NCBI GenBank assembly: GCA_051294905.1
Contig: CM119378.1
Location: 1,984,001-2,048,000 of the forward strand
Source: Botryllus schlosseri
Lineage: Eukaryota
Reading direction: 5' to 3'
Length of the DNA: 64,000 nucleotides
Below the pieces are notes generated by a model that did no database searches, was not told the DNA's origin, and was given only the letters and a program-made list of their open reading frames with translations. The position numbers and the translations under genes are program-made. Position 1 is the stretch's first letter, and the number at the start of each line of letters is the position of its first letter. Of the stretch, positions 43,361 to 55,039 are shown piece after piece.

Positions 43361-44028
43361 AGTGATATTGAGGTGGGATAATATTATGTTTGATTGTTCG
43401 TGTGGAGAATTGTTAATCGCACAGAGACTTGCACATTGCGAATGAAAAATGTTTAAGTTATCACTGCGGTTATTGCATCAGTAAAGAACTGTAGCGCAAC
43501 GATACGATTTGTGATGTGATACAATCTATCATTGTAGAATGATCATGATCATCGGCATATTCACCTTCACGAGTCGAGCTCAGAATTCATTTTAACGCAT
43601 TGGTTCTCAAACTGGAGGGCGTGAAAGCATATGAAGGGGCGCGAAGTCGCCTGAGAGAAATAAAGATTATGGATTCGTATTGAGTTTAACTGGCGATGGA
43701 AGTTACACGTTTCAATAACGGCAATAATCCTAATTATAGTGCGATTTTAAATGTCATGGGAGCGTCGTACTATCCATACGCCGATGCTATAGATTGTGAC
43801 CAATACCGGACCTTGCGCCGATCAGAAGATGTCTGAATTAGGATTAACTGTGGCGAATTCGTGTAGTGTATGTGTTAGCTGATACTTTTATGTTAGGCAT
43901 ATGTCTGTCAAGCATCTGTGCAGAGTTCTTAGAAAGACACGAAATTATGGAGTAATAATTTAGTCCGACATCGCATTAAAGATAATTTAATGTTTTTGTC
44001 GGCTATACATATTACGTCGCATTCAGTG

Positions 44029-45642
44029 CAGAGTTGGATCAATTGTAATTTGTAATTGTAATTGAATGTAATTAATTACATTTTTCAATGTAATTGTAAT
44101 GTAATTGTAATTGAAGCATTTTTATTTTGTGTAATTGTAATTGTAATTGTAATTTGACAAAAATTTTGCTCAATTACAATTTCAATTACATTAAATTGCT
44201 ATTATGACCTGACAAGCACAACATAAAACAATTGAATTACAATGCATCCTCTTTAAATGTCGAGAAGGAATTTGGTGGATCCATTCGCGGAAGCCCTTGA
44301 CTGCGCCCTTGCGGGCGAAGTTTTTTTTAATTTTTACCGCTATGCTGGCCTCGGCTGCCATTGTATACAATTTTTAGATTACTAACCAACGGATGGATTC
44401 GCAACACGTGACTCACGATTGAATACGCCGAGAAGCGAACTGCTGAGCCGGCTAAAAGCAGCAGAATTGATATTCCCATAGCTGGCGATCCAAGCGTCGA
44501 AATTTGATATGTATGGTCCTAATCGAAAGCTAGTGTCGCACTGATTCCGCAATAAAAGTATATTTCCAGGCAATGGTACCATCCCAATATAGTCGTGAAA
44601 GTCTGGGAATCGGCATTGTTCTGAACAATCGCTGGTCGTAATTGGTAATTGTTGTGGTCATGCTGCTGCAGCGCTCTCACTTTTCAGAACAGTCGGCCTT
44701 AAACGGCTATTTTGGGGCAGATACATTGCCCTGACGAGATTTCATTTTGTATTTTCGGAATTAGTACATCAATAGCTTACGATAAATACCAGATGCATCA
44801 AATTTGGACGCATGGATCGCCAGCTCTAGGACTACAAAGTTTGCTGCTTTTAGCCGGCTCTGCAGTATGTTTGTAGTTGCATTCATCCGTGACTCACATC
44901 TTGCGCATCTATCAGTGGGTTGGCAATCTACCATACGATTTCAGATCACGATGCTGCATCGTTATTTCGTCTGGCTAACTAACCAGACCACTGGATATTA
45001 TATAACGTCTTATCTGACAAAGCACGGTTTTGTTTTCACTCCTCATCCTAATTCCTACGTCCCTCGATAAAAATAATATTATTACTTTAATTATATACTA
45101 TAGACGCAAATCCAACACGTGCATATATTATAATACTTTTTCAACGACATACTGCACCCTATCCTTAATCCTAACCCATAGGAGATTAGGTAAATAACAT
45201 TTTACATTTCCAATTACGTGAGCCATAATTACCGAGCATTCAAAACACGCTTATATTACGCCACAATGACATCTCACATAGCATACTATGTACTTGTACG
45301 CACATGAACGCATTTATTACTACACAATCTGAACTAGACTTGAATTGTTGTTAAATACGACGCTACGGTTGTCAAGGAGCACGGTTGAATTTATGATTAT
45401 TAAATTATATGTTCAACAGCAGCAATTGTAATTGTAATTGCAATGTAATTGAAGCATGCAAGGAGTAATTGTAATTGTAATTGTAATGTAATTGAAGCAT
45501 GCAAGGAGTAATTGTAATTGTAATTGTAATTTGATATTTTTAGCTTGGAGTAATTGTAATTGTAATGTAATTGAAACATTCATGAAAGTAATTGTAATTG
45601 TAATGTAATTGAACTGAAAATAATGTAATTGATCCAACTCTG
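44029..45642. mobile_element. Non-autonomous hAT-type element (1,614 bp) with (GTAATT)n subterminal arrays
   Basis: TIR CAGAGTTGGATCAATT / AATTGATCCAACTCTG; perfect TSD ATTCAGTG. Confidence 0.88.
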
Positions 45643-45704
45643 ATTCAGTGACAATGCCGTGGGTAGATCATGCCTTAACAAATATTCGCTTCCCCTAACG
45701 GCAT

Positions 45705-45886
45705 GGCAAGATGGCGTAGTGGTATGGTCCACAGCTGCAACACCAACGGGTTGCGGGTTCGAGTCCGACCGGGGTCGACTCCAGAATCCCTGTGTTGGAG
45801 GTTTATCGATAGTCTCCTCCTCGCCACGTGATCCGCGTTAACCGGTGTCTTGTAAAAAGGAGCCTAGAAGTGCATGGGTCATGCTA
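45705..45886 (+). mobile_element. tRNA-derived SINE
   Basis: A box TGGCGTAGTGG (45712) and B box GGTTCGAGTCC (45756). The body is shared with 49283-49460 (rc) and 28915-28990. Confidence 0.8.
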
Positions 45887-46978
45887 CAACTCAGAAAATA
45901 CGGAATAAACAATAAAGAGTATCGGTTTGGTGTAAAATGATCAATGTGGTCGGAACACCATCAATATCAAACAAATAATTTCCCCTAAAGCGGGTATAGC
46001 TTTGTACTGCGTGTTTCGCATGCTGCGATACTACCAATCGAGCTTCCACAGCATCAACAGTGAAAAGCAGTACCGAAACCACAATTCTCGTTTTTAAATT
46101 ACCTTTCAGCAGGCCTATTGGAAAAGATCTCTCACCTTTCGACTCAAATCAATCATTAGAATTACTGCTCAATAGAGGTTAGAGTACCCGAATCATTGTG
46201 CCAAGCCTTAGTCATAGTAAGCCATAGGTTATGTATATATTATTTCATTTTCAGGACATCAAAACTTTACAAAATTGGCCGATACGCCGACAATAGACTT
46301 CGAACCAAACAGTTGCAGACACCAGACATGCGACTGAGCAATATTCAGTGTCACTCCTGTCAAATTTTAGAGTGTAAGGTAAGAGGCATCGGGTGTAAGT
46401 GTCTCATCAATCTTGAACCTTAGCGTCATTGAGTTTAAGAAAAATAAACGAGTTAAAGCGTTAACGAGTTAGCGCGTCTAATACGTAAAAGTTAAGAAAA
46501 CATTAGGTCGTAAAAGCGCGAAAACTCAATACCTCGCAGTACCCTTGAACGTTGCAATTTGCACTCAGATTCCGGACCATTATCATATTCCAGAGGTTCC
46601 CAAATTATAGGTGCCGCCCATTCTCCGAGGTCGCAGAGACGAAAATTAAATACCAATGACTGGGCCTATTACATGAATGCCAATTAAGCGGATGCTAACG
46701 GCGGCTCATTCTGAATAACTTGATTCGTTTTTTCAAAATAGAAAAAAACACGACCTCTGAGGAATGCGAACCTGGCAAACAATTGTTAAGGTACCGAATC
46801 AGTCGAAGCGTCATTTTAAAGCGCCACGAACTATAGCTTCAGGTTGGTTTCTGGCCATCACCATGAAAAATAAAGTGTCGGGTGCATAATAAACATCTAT
46901 AAGATCGTAATCTGTCCATCCAGGAAAACTACAAGTGACTAGTAGTGCCATGTGTTAACAGTATAATACCCTACACAG

Positions 46979-47920
46979 CAGTGTTGGGATGACTCGAGTC
47001 ATGACTTGACTCGAGTCAGACTCGAGTCACCTTTTTCGAATGACTTGACTTGACTCGAGTCACTTTGCTAAAATGACTTGACTTGACTTGACTCGGCGTA
47101 TCAGAAATATGGATTGACTCGTGACTCGGAGCAAAATTCACGAGTCAATTTCCATTCATCAAGTAATCGGTGTCGATAAAAATCAATGAATCTTGCATAT
47201 GTTCGGATTGTTCGCGAAACGCTGGTGTAACCCGTGAGAGCGAACAATCATTTAATGATCGCGCGTTTTACTGAGCCTCCATTGTTCGCTCACAAATAAA
47301 TTGACCGCAAACGAAGTGATCGAAGCTTACAGCTTACGTTGTCGTAAACTAGTATAGTAAAGTAATTATTCTCTATTTTTACCTAAACCAAACCTCTTGT
47401 TTTATTGAAATTGAATTCGAATATAGTTTATATAGTCCTCAACCATTGGCGCAGGCTCGAATTGTATCATATCGATTTGTAAATGGGTTATGTATTGCAT
47501 CCTATCAATTCGTATCTCTTCTCTATTTTGGCTGCATGGCAACTATAAACTGTGGTTTGGCAGTTCTACGTATATGTGAACGACACAGCGCCTTCTTGCG
47601 TGTATATTCAACTCTATATTCGTTTATCGGTTCAAAATCAATGACCACTCAATCTGCATTTCAGACAGCTAGCAAAATGCAATGACGTTGTCATGCCCCA
47701 TACTTCGAAAACGCAACTTGACTTGAATTGTGACTTGACTCGTGACTTGACTTGACTTGACTCGACTCGACTTGACGCGGGTCACCTCCAAAAATCGAGA
47801 GACTTGACTTGACTCGAGTCACCTTTGAAAACCGAGTGACTTGACTTGACTCGAGAGTCAAAATGGGCAATGACTCGAAATGACTCGTGTTTCTAAGGTA
47901 GTGACTTGATCCCAACACTG
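46979..47920. mobile_element. Non-autonomous hAT element (942 bp) with GACTCGAGTC/GACTT repeats
   Basis: TIR CAGTGTTGGGAT / ATCCCAACACTG; perfect TSD CTACACAG. Confidence 0.9.
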
Positions 47921-48923
47921 CTACACAGTACACGCACGCTCGGCGAGGACGAATAACTTATAGATCGTTATCTGCATTTCACGTCGCAGCATACTTGACT
48001 ATATTTCGATGGTATATAGATAGAAATCGTTCCAAAAAGACCTACATACGTTACTATAGTCTTGATCGAGTTTCGTAATCTAAGAACGGAGGTTGACGAG
48101 TTCATAATTGCTATTACTGCGCACAATAGTCGCAAGCTTCACGCATAGGCCATGAGTTGGTTTGGGCGAATGCGGTGGCCATTATTTAGTAACCAGCACG
48201 CCAAATTGAGAGGTGGGGTTACGCAACATTTTTGAATCGAAATTTGGGGTCGCGACCATAAAAAGTTTGGGATCCCCTGTCTTAGACTATACTTGCGCCC
48301 TTTCACTATAGCAATGGAGTGCCATATAGTAAGCAAAATATATAATAACATCGCAGAAATTATACATTGCACTTGAAAAAAACACAGGGCCAACATGGGA
48401 TAAAAAAATCACCCCAGGAAATATGAATGTCATATATTTATGGAGCCATGGTGCATTACATAAACAAATGAAGCTTATACAAAGAAACTTTACAGATATC
48501 TCAGCATACTTCACAATTTTGTCGTTCAAAGTGGCAATAAAATGGTCATTTTACAAACCCTTTTATCGTGTCTGAACATCATGCAGTTCTCAATAATCCA
48601 AATTCTTATCTTCGTCCGAGGTTTTATGACAAATATTGTATTTTCTGCGAAAACAAATCGACCATAAGAAGCAAAGGGGACATATATTTGTTTGTTCCCG
48701 ATGGGTCAATTTTCTAATCGATCAAATTTAACTTGCTTTTAACCTCTCTAGCGTCACCTAACCAATGTTGTTTTAATCGTCAGAGGTCAGCGAATGGATT
48801 TTCAATAATTCAACTAGACGTGGAATGACATGACGTTTCAAAATCTTACCTAAATCAGTACTACACATAGCCGAGGGCGATCTGCTGAAATCGGCATCGT
48901 TCAGGCAGTTTCATTGAGCTATC

Positions 48924-51900
48924 ATGAAGGTAATTGTTGCGGGTTACCCTAAAACTGGAACAAAAAGCACGGCCTCTGCTTTGGCCCATTTAGGATACAG
49001 CGTGTATGATTCGCTGGAAAATGTTATAATTCTTCGGAAAGAATACACGAAAGTGATAAATGAAGGGTGGAAGATCGACGATTTTCGCAAAATGTACGGC
49101 AATGTTGACGCAGTCATCGACATGCCAGCGTGTTTCTTCTGGGAAGAGATATTACAAGCCTTTCCAGACGCTAAGGTATGAATCCAATCAGTTCATGGTG
49201 TTTGTGGTATTTATGGTGCTTTTCGACTATAGTTGTCATTTACACCAAGTCGATTTTCTTCATGTTGATCCCGCATCTGGCGGCATGTAGCACGGCCCAG
49301 TTCTAGGCATTTTGACACACCGTTTGCGCGGATCAGGGGGCGAGGAGGAGCCGAGATAAACCTCCAACACTTATATTGGAATTCCGGATTCGACCTCGGT
49401 CGGACTCGAACCCGCAAGCCGTTGGTGTTGCAGCTGTGGATTATACCACTCAACGCTATTTAGGCACCCCAATCAGTTCAGTTAAAAGTTTGATCATTCA
49501 TCATTTTAAAACACCGCAAGATCTCGATAGCATTAAAAGATAGGAAAGAGTCGAAACAACTTGAAAAAGGAGCACAAGAAGGACAAGAGACGAAAATGAA
49601 ATGGCATATGTCGGTAGTCGACGTCTGAGACCCAGTAATCTCGATCACAGACTATAGTATTTATTCAAGGGTACCTGCTTGTATTTTGACATGAATGTTG
49701 ACGTGCTCGACGACTGTCTGGTTTCTGGCGAAATGGTGTGGCGCAGTGATGATAGCCTATACCAGTGGTTCTCAACCTTTTTGGCTTCGCGGACCCCTTT
49801 TGACCGTCACGGACCCTCGCGGACCCCCTCGAATTTTAGTTAAATTTTAGCTCTATTATGGTGCAACCTTCATCTGTCTTGTGCAAATATGAACTGTAGG
49901 CTTGTGATACACAGCAAAATAATGATTTTTCTTGAAGATAACATCATACTATTTATGTAGAAATTGGTAGACTTTTATTATTTCAAAGCTAATTTTGCTG
50001 CTGTATTTCTTGAAGTAAGTGGTCGTGTCTTGAAAATCCGGGTCTTCGTTTTGATATGAACGAGGAGTGCCGAAAACCATTTCCGCAAAGATAGATGGAG
50101 GCTAATGCAATATTAACGCATAACGCTTCCGACGATACTTTTGGTGTGATCGCAACATTTATGGCACCAAAATGAAGAAACACATATTTTCTGAACATTA
50201 GACGTCCAGCATCTAGCGCAGGGACGGGCAACACACGGACAGCGGGCCGGATTCGGCCCGCAACGGCATTTTGATCGGCCCGCAAAGAGTCTCTACCGTC
50301 AAAGTGAAATCCTAATCTAAAAGTATAGACTAATTTTATGCTCCAAAGAATGGATCCAAGTTTTCTAACCAGAAAAAGACTGGCATGAAACGACTTGTTC
50401 TGTTCGGGTTTACATATAAATTTACGAGCAAAGATTTTCGACCATGATCAATTGAACATTAACAATACAAGGCTGCATACCAATATAACTGCTGGTTATA
50501 TTGATTTCAGGGTTGGAGCGTAATGCTTTGATAGCAACGAAACACTCCTTTTTCATCAAAAAATCAGCTTTGTCGATAGGGCATCCGCAATTAGAATGCG
50601 CCGAATCTGATAGCCAAGCTTTAAGAGCAGGTATATCTTTATCCGATTTATGACGAGTGTTACCCGAAAATATTCGGGTTCATTTTAATATAATTATATT
50701 ATTCAATTGCATATTAAAGTTCTGTGCGTCCAAGAAGCTGTTCCCTGCATTGGGACAAATTATGGAAATACTTCGGATTTTTTTTTATTTCAAACGACTG
50801 TTCACTTATTTGATGAGACTGACAACTTAAAATCGAGAAGGTTTCACAGACATTACGAAGTCACCCTGATTGACGTTACTATCTTCATATATATATTTTT
50901 TTAAATAACCCATCAAACGTCTCTAAACAGCAATATGTTTGTATCAGCTGGTTATCCGAAAATTGGCAATGAAAATGAGTTTCCACTCTGCCATATTCCA
51001 TGTCAGACGATTATTATGCTGATATGAGTCATGAGGTTTTAGCAGTTGTGGTGCGAAACAGACTCATGCTTTCTCAAATTAAAAAATAAAATAAAAATTA
51101 GGTTATCAAACATTTTAAAAATTTAGAGGTCTCGCGGACCACCTGAAATTGCTTCGCGGACCCCTAGGGGTCCGCGGACCCCCGGTTGAGAACCGCTGGC
51201 CTATACCCTATAGAGAGATGCGTTCTCTTGTAATTCGCGCCGAGCATAACATATGGTAAGGTAGCTGGAAGGCCAGTACGGAGTGAGTTGTTTTGATGTG
51301 CTTTGGATTCCGAAGTGAAGAGTGGTTGAATTTATCGGGCGGCGACCGCAGTGAAACTGATACATTCGTAATTTCCAGATTCCTAATATGCTGTATGTTT
51401 AGAACACCAAATCTATTGAGCAGTCGATTGTTGGTCAGAAAACAGGCATTTATACGGAGAATCACGGCAATATTTTTGGCGACACTGTACGAGTCCCGAT
51501 CGCAGAATTTCGAAATTAATATCCTATATGCTTCCGTAAACTTGCATTAATGTCGTACTGCAGGTGATCCTAACCATCCGAAATAGCGAAGATGAATGGT
51601 GCCGAAGCTTGGTTTCACTGTTCAAAGGAATGCATCGTCTCGAAAATCGATTCATAGAAATTTTTTCTCCGACTGCCCGGTATTTTTGCAAATACATAAA
51701 CAAGTCAACCCGTGAGTTTTTTATGCTTCTCTTGAAACACCGATACATACAACACAGGCCAGCATGGAATTCTCAAAATGATATGTTTGGTATTAGACGG
51801 TCGTAGGATATAAGTCCAAGTTTGACCTGTGCGACTGCATTGCACTGTCTGCATTCTAATATACGACTAACTGGTACTATATTTGGGAATAGGCAACTAT

Positions 51901-54227
51901 ATCCTAATGGTGTTGGTAAATAAATAACCATACGGTCTGATATTTGCCAAAAAATGTACGCTCGTCAAGACATAGGCCTACGCACGTTGTTGTTTGTGGT
52001 ATTCATGGTACATTTGTCGACTACAATGGTCATTCACACTGGATCCATATTCCGGGTTATGATTCCGTATATGCCGACTTGCAGCACGACCCACTTTTGA
52101 GATTTTCTAGGTCACCGCTTACGCGGATCAGATGGGTGATGTGGAGCCTAGCCCCTATATATAAACCTCCAACACTAGGTAAGGAATTCTGGCGTCGAGC
52201 TCGGGAGGATGCGAACCCACAATCTATTAGTGTTACAACTGTGTATTGTATCGCTACGTTATCTCGACACTTACATTTATGTACATTGTACAGATCCTCT
52301 GATCCATGGCAACCGCCGCCCAGACCCGTGGGCTCTGTCTGCTCCAATCAACAAACAACTAGCAAAGAAAATGTATAAGAATCACAATGCATATGTAAAG
52401 CAGGTATATGCGAATGGATAACGGTTTTAATGCATTGTATGAGCAATATGATGGTGTTTCTCAACCTTTTCGTCTTCGCGGACACTTTTTGGTCCGTCAA
52501 GGGCGCCCCGGATCACCCTAAGCTTTGGTTCAAATCTAACACAACCTGCAAGCACCATGGTCGAAAATTAACTGTGTGATAGAACAAATGAATGCAGAAA
52601 GGCTCAAGTTGAAAATATCACCATACTGTGCGTAATTTATGAAAACCTTTATTGCTTCAAAGCGAATTCGGAGTATTTCGGTTGCATTTAAAACAGAAAT
52701 AATTTTAAAATAAACACGCCAAACCATATGTCCCTTGCATAAAACATGTATTCTTTTTTGTCTCTTAGCCATGATTTTAGCATCAGGCAAGTAACAATGA
52801 TATATTCTTCAAGGAATGGCGATCGAATGACAGTATTACGTTAGAAATTTAGCAATTGGTTTAATGTGTGTGTGACAATTTGTGCGAGAGTTGGGTAGAA
52901 GTCAATTACAAATTATTATTATTATTATTATTATCAATAAGTATAACATATTTCGTGGGAAATTTACACAACTATATTTTTGCTATGATGAATACTTTTA
53001 CGAAATAACGACGCGGGCCACAGGAACAAGTCGAGCGGGTCAAATTTGGCCCGAGTGCCGCAGGACCGCCTCTCCTGCGCAAAATGATCTTCGATTGCGC
53101 TGCTCAGTAACAAGGGGGAATGCACTCTAAAAATTATGTGGTCTCAAATTGAAGGACAGATCGAAAAAAATAGGCCGCAGCCGTTTTCTTCAGAAGGCCA
53201 CCGTAATGGAGCTGCAATTTATTGAAATTTCCACAGCAATTTCACGATCCAGCAGTCACGCAGAGAGCGAACTTTATATAGTTTTCAGCCGATGTTATGA
53301 AGCAAATATGTCGAACACGTCCTATGTCCTAAAGAAAAGGAATACACTAGGCCCGATTGACATAAATCTCCTGACTGAACATCTTCCGTTAAACGCGGTA
53401 TCTAAACCACCTCGGCGTGTACGACGTATTTCCTTCATAACATCGGCTGTCAACTATATAAAGTTCGATCTCTGCGTAACTGCTGGAGGGTGAAGTTGCA
53501 GTGGAAATTTTAATAAATTCCAGCTCCGTTACGGTGGCGTTCTGAAGAAAATAGCTGCGGCCAAAATTTGTTATTTTTTCGTTTTGCCCTTCAATTTGAT
53601 ACCACATCATTTTTAGACTGCAGTGCCCCTTTTACTGATGAATGCATGATTGTGAATAATACTTGATTCCCATCGTTACATGACCAATGACTATGGCCGT
53701 TGGACATGTGAGCAATGATCATGCGACACTACTATAAAGCATGTGAGACACGTAGATGCTGGTTAAAGTTGCAGGAGGTTAGAGTTTTCGCTACGTTTAG
53801 GTTCGAGTTCGGGCTCGGGTCTGGATTAATTTTACCGATTGTTTCGAGGTTAATCTTAATTGTCTAAAAGTGACGCATTTTAAATTGTCACTTGGTCAAC
53901 TGTCGTTTTACATTGTTTCACATGATAATATTACACGGTATCATTTAATTTGGCCTATATGTTTACTTCGAGGTGGTTCCAAGAGATCAACTCCTCGTCT
54001 ACAATGTCTCAGAAGGATGGGAACCTCTCTGTAAGTTTCTCGGTCATCCTAGTCCGGTTATCCCCTTTCCACATCGCAATGTGAAAGGCGCAATCGTGCA
54101 CGGAAACGACACGCATCCGCTAATGAAACAACTAAGAAGAGAAGCGTGGATTTCATTTATTGCTCTGTCTTTCGCATCCATTTCCGTTGGATACGTGTGT
54201 TATAAGTATGGGCGTACGGCCCTCTAA
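48924..54227 (+). CDS. Sulfotransferase, Sulfotransfer_4-type, paralogue A (254 aa; exons 48924-49175, 51564-51711, 52294-52403, 53973-54227)
   Basis: PSB loop GYPKTGTKS, D.P..FFWEE, ILTIR.SEDEW, GWEPLCKFLG.P.P..PFPH.N and a C-terminal hydrophobic tail. GT/AG junctions give one open frame of 765 nt. Confidence 0.88.
49283..49460 (-). mobile_element. tRNA-derived SINE copy in intron 1 of sulfotransferase A
   Basis: Reverse complement matches 45705-45886, including the B box GGTTCGAGTCC. Confidence 0.8.
49763..51198. mobile_element. Buster-type non-autonomous element (1,436 bp) with nested repeats
   Basis: TIR CAGTGGTTCTCAACC / GGTTGAGAACCGCTG; perfect TSD GCCTATAC; CGCGGACC subterminal repeats; a left-end fragment recurs at ~52455-52510. 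Confidence 0.92.
50651..50740 (+). mobile_element. 5'-truncated pLTR copy (hammerhead core missing C3 and the 5' strand of helix I)
   Basis: TGACGA GTGTTACCC GAAA ATATTC GGGT followed by the usual pLTR tail. Confidence 0.7.
53112..53631. mobile_element. Foldback MITE with ~200-bp inverted arms
   Basis: AAGGGGGAATGCACTCTAAAAATTATGTGG vs the reverse complement of CCACATCATTTTTAGACTGCAGTGCCCCTT. Arm similarity extends to CATAACATCGGCTG. Confidence 0.75.
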
Positions 54228-55039
54228 ATGTTGCCAAGTTGATATTTACCGTGGCGAATGACATAGTCGATTATTTTATTCATAGCACTATGAACTTACA
54301 TATTCTATCGCAGTCGTATCGAAGAGCTCATTTTAAAACTGAACCGTACCATATACTTATAAAATCTGCAATGAAGATAGCAAGTTGATATCATCCATCC
54401 ACTATTCGCTAGAGTATCCTGGAAACCGCGTTGAGTATGGGGGCGAGGGTTTAGGCCTACGCCACCAACGGTTTCGAACGAAACAAACAAACATGCTGCT
54501 GTCGCTCTGTTTCGCCGTAACAGAAGTCGTGGTGTCGCAATGGGAAGGCAAACAAAGGCACACATTCTACACAGTGATCGTCAAATCCAAGTCCAGCTCA
54601 TTGTCTGAAAAGCACAAATCCATCATTCCAATCCAGAATGGCTAAAAGCCGTTCAAAATCCACCTGAGCATTGAAAAATATTAAATCTATGTTCAAATCC
54701 AGCTACGTAAAAGACCGGTATCCGAGTCCAGCCGAAATCTTCATATTTCCTTTTCATTTTAAACTCCAAATTCATGTTCATTGCTCAGATATGTTTGGTA
54801 CCTTCCAGAGAGGAATGTAACCGAATGAAGACGGTTATAACTTATAAATACCCCGACGTTGTCAGCGACTTGACTGCCGAGTCGAGCCCTCTCGGACTGT
54901 GTTCAGAAGAATGTTTACAGTTCAGTGAGCATTCGAGCAAGCAAGCTCAAAATGTTTGCTCAGATGAGTAGGCATTGTTAGGCCGGACGACGTTTTATTC
55001 CAGTTCTGGCTTAGGTGCGTATGCCAGTAAAACAGCAAA

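Noticed and set aside
46979-47920. CRISPR-like periodic GACTTGACTCGAGTC repeats
   Set aside because: Units are short and irregular with no unique spacers. They are subterminal repeats inside a TIR/TSD-bounded hAT element in a eukaryotic genome.
48942-48968. Walker A NTPase or nucleotide kinase for GYPKTGTKS
   Set aside because: Downstream motifs (D.P...FW.E, LT.R...W, GW.PLC.FL..P.P..PFP..N) match sulfotransferases.
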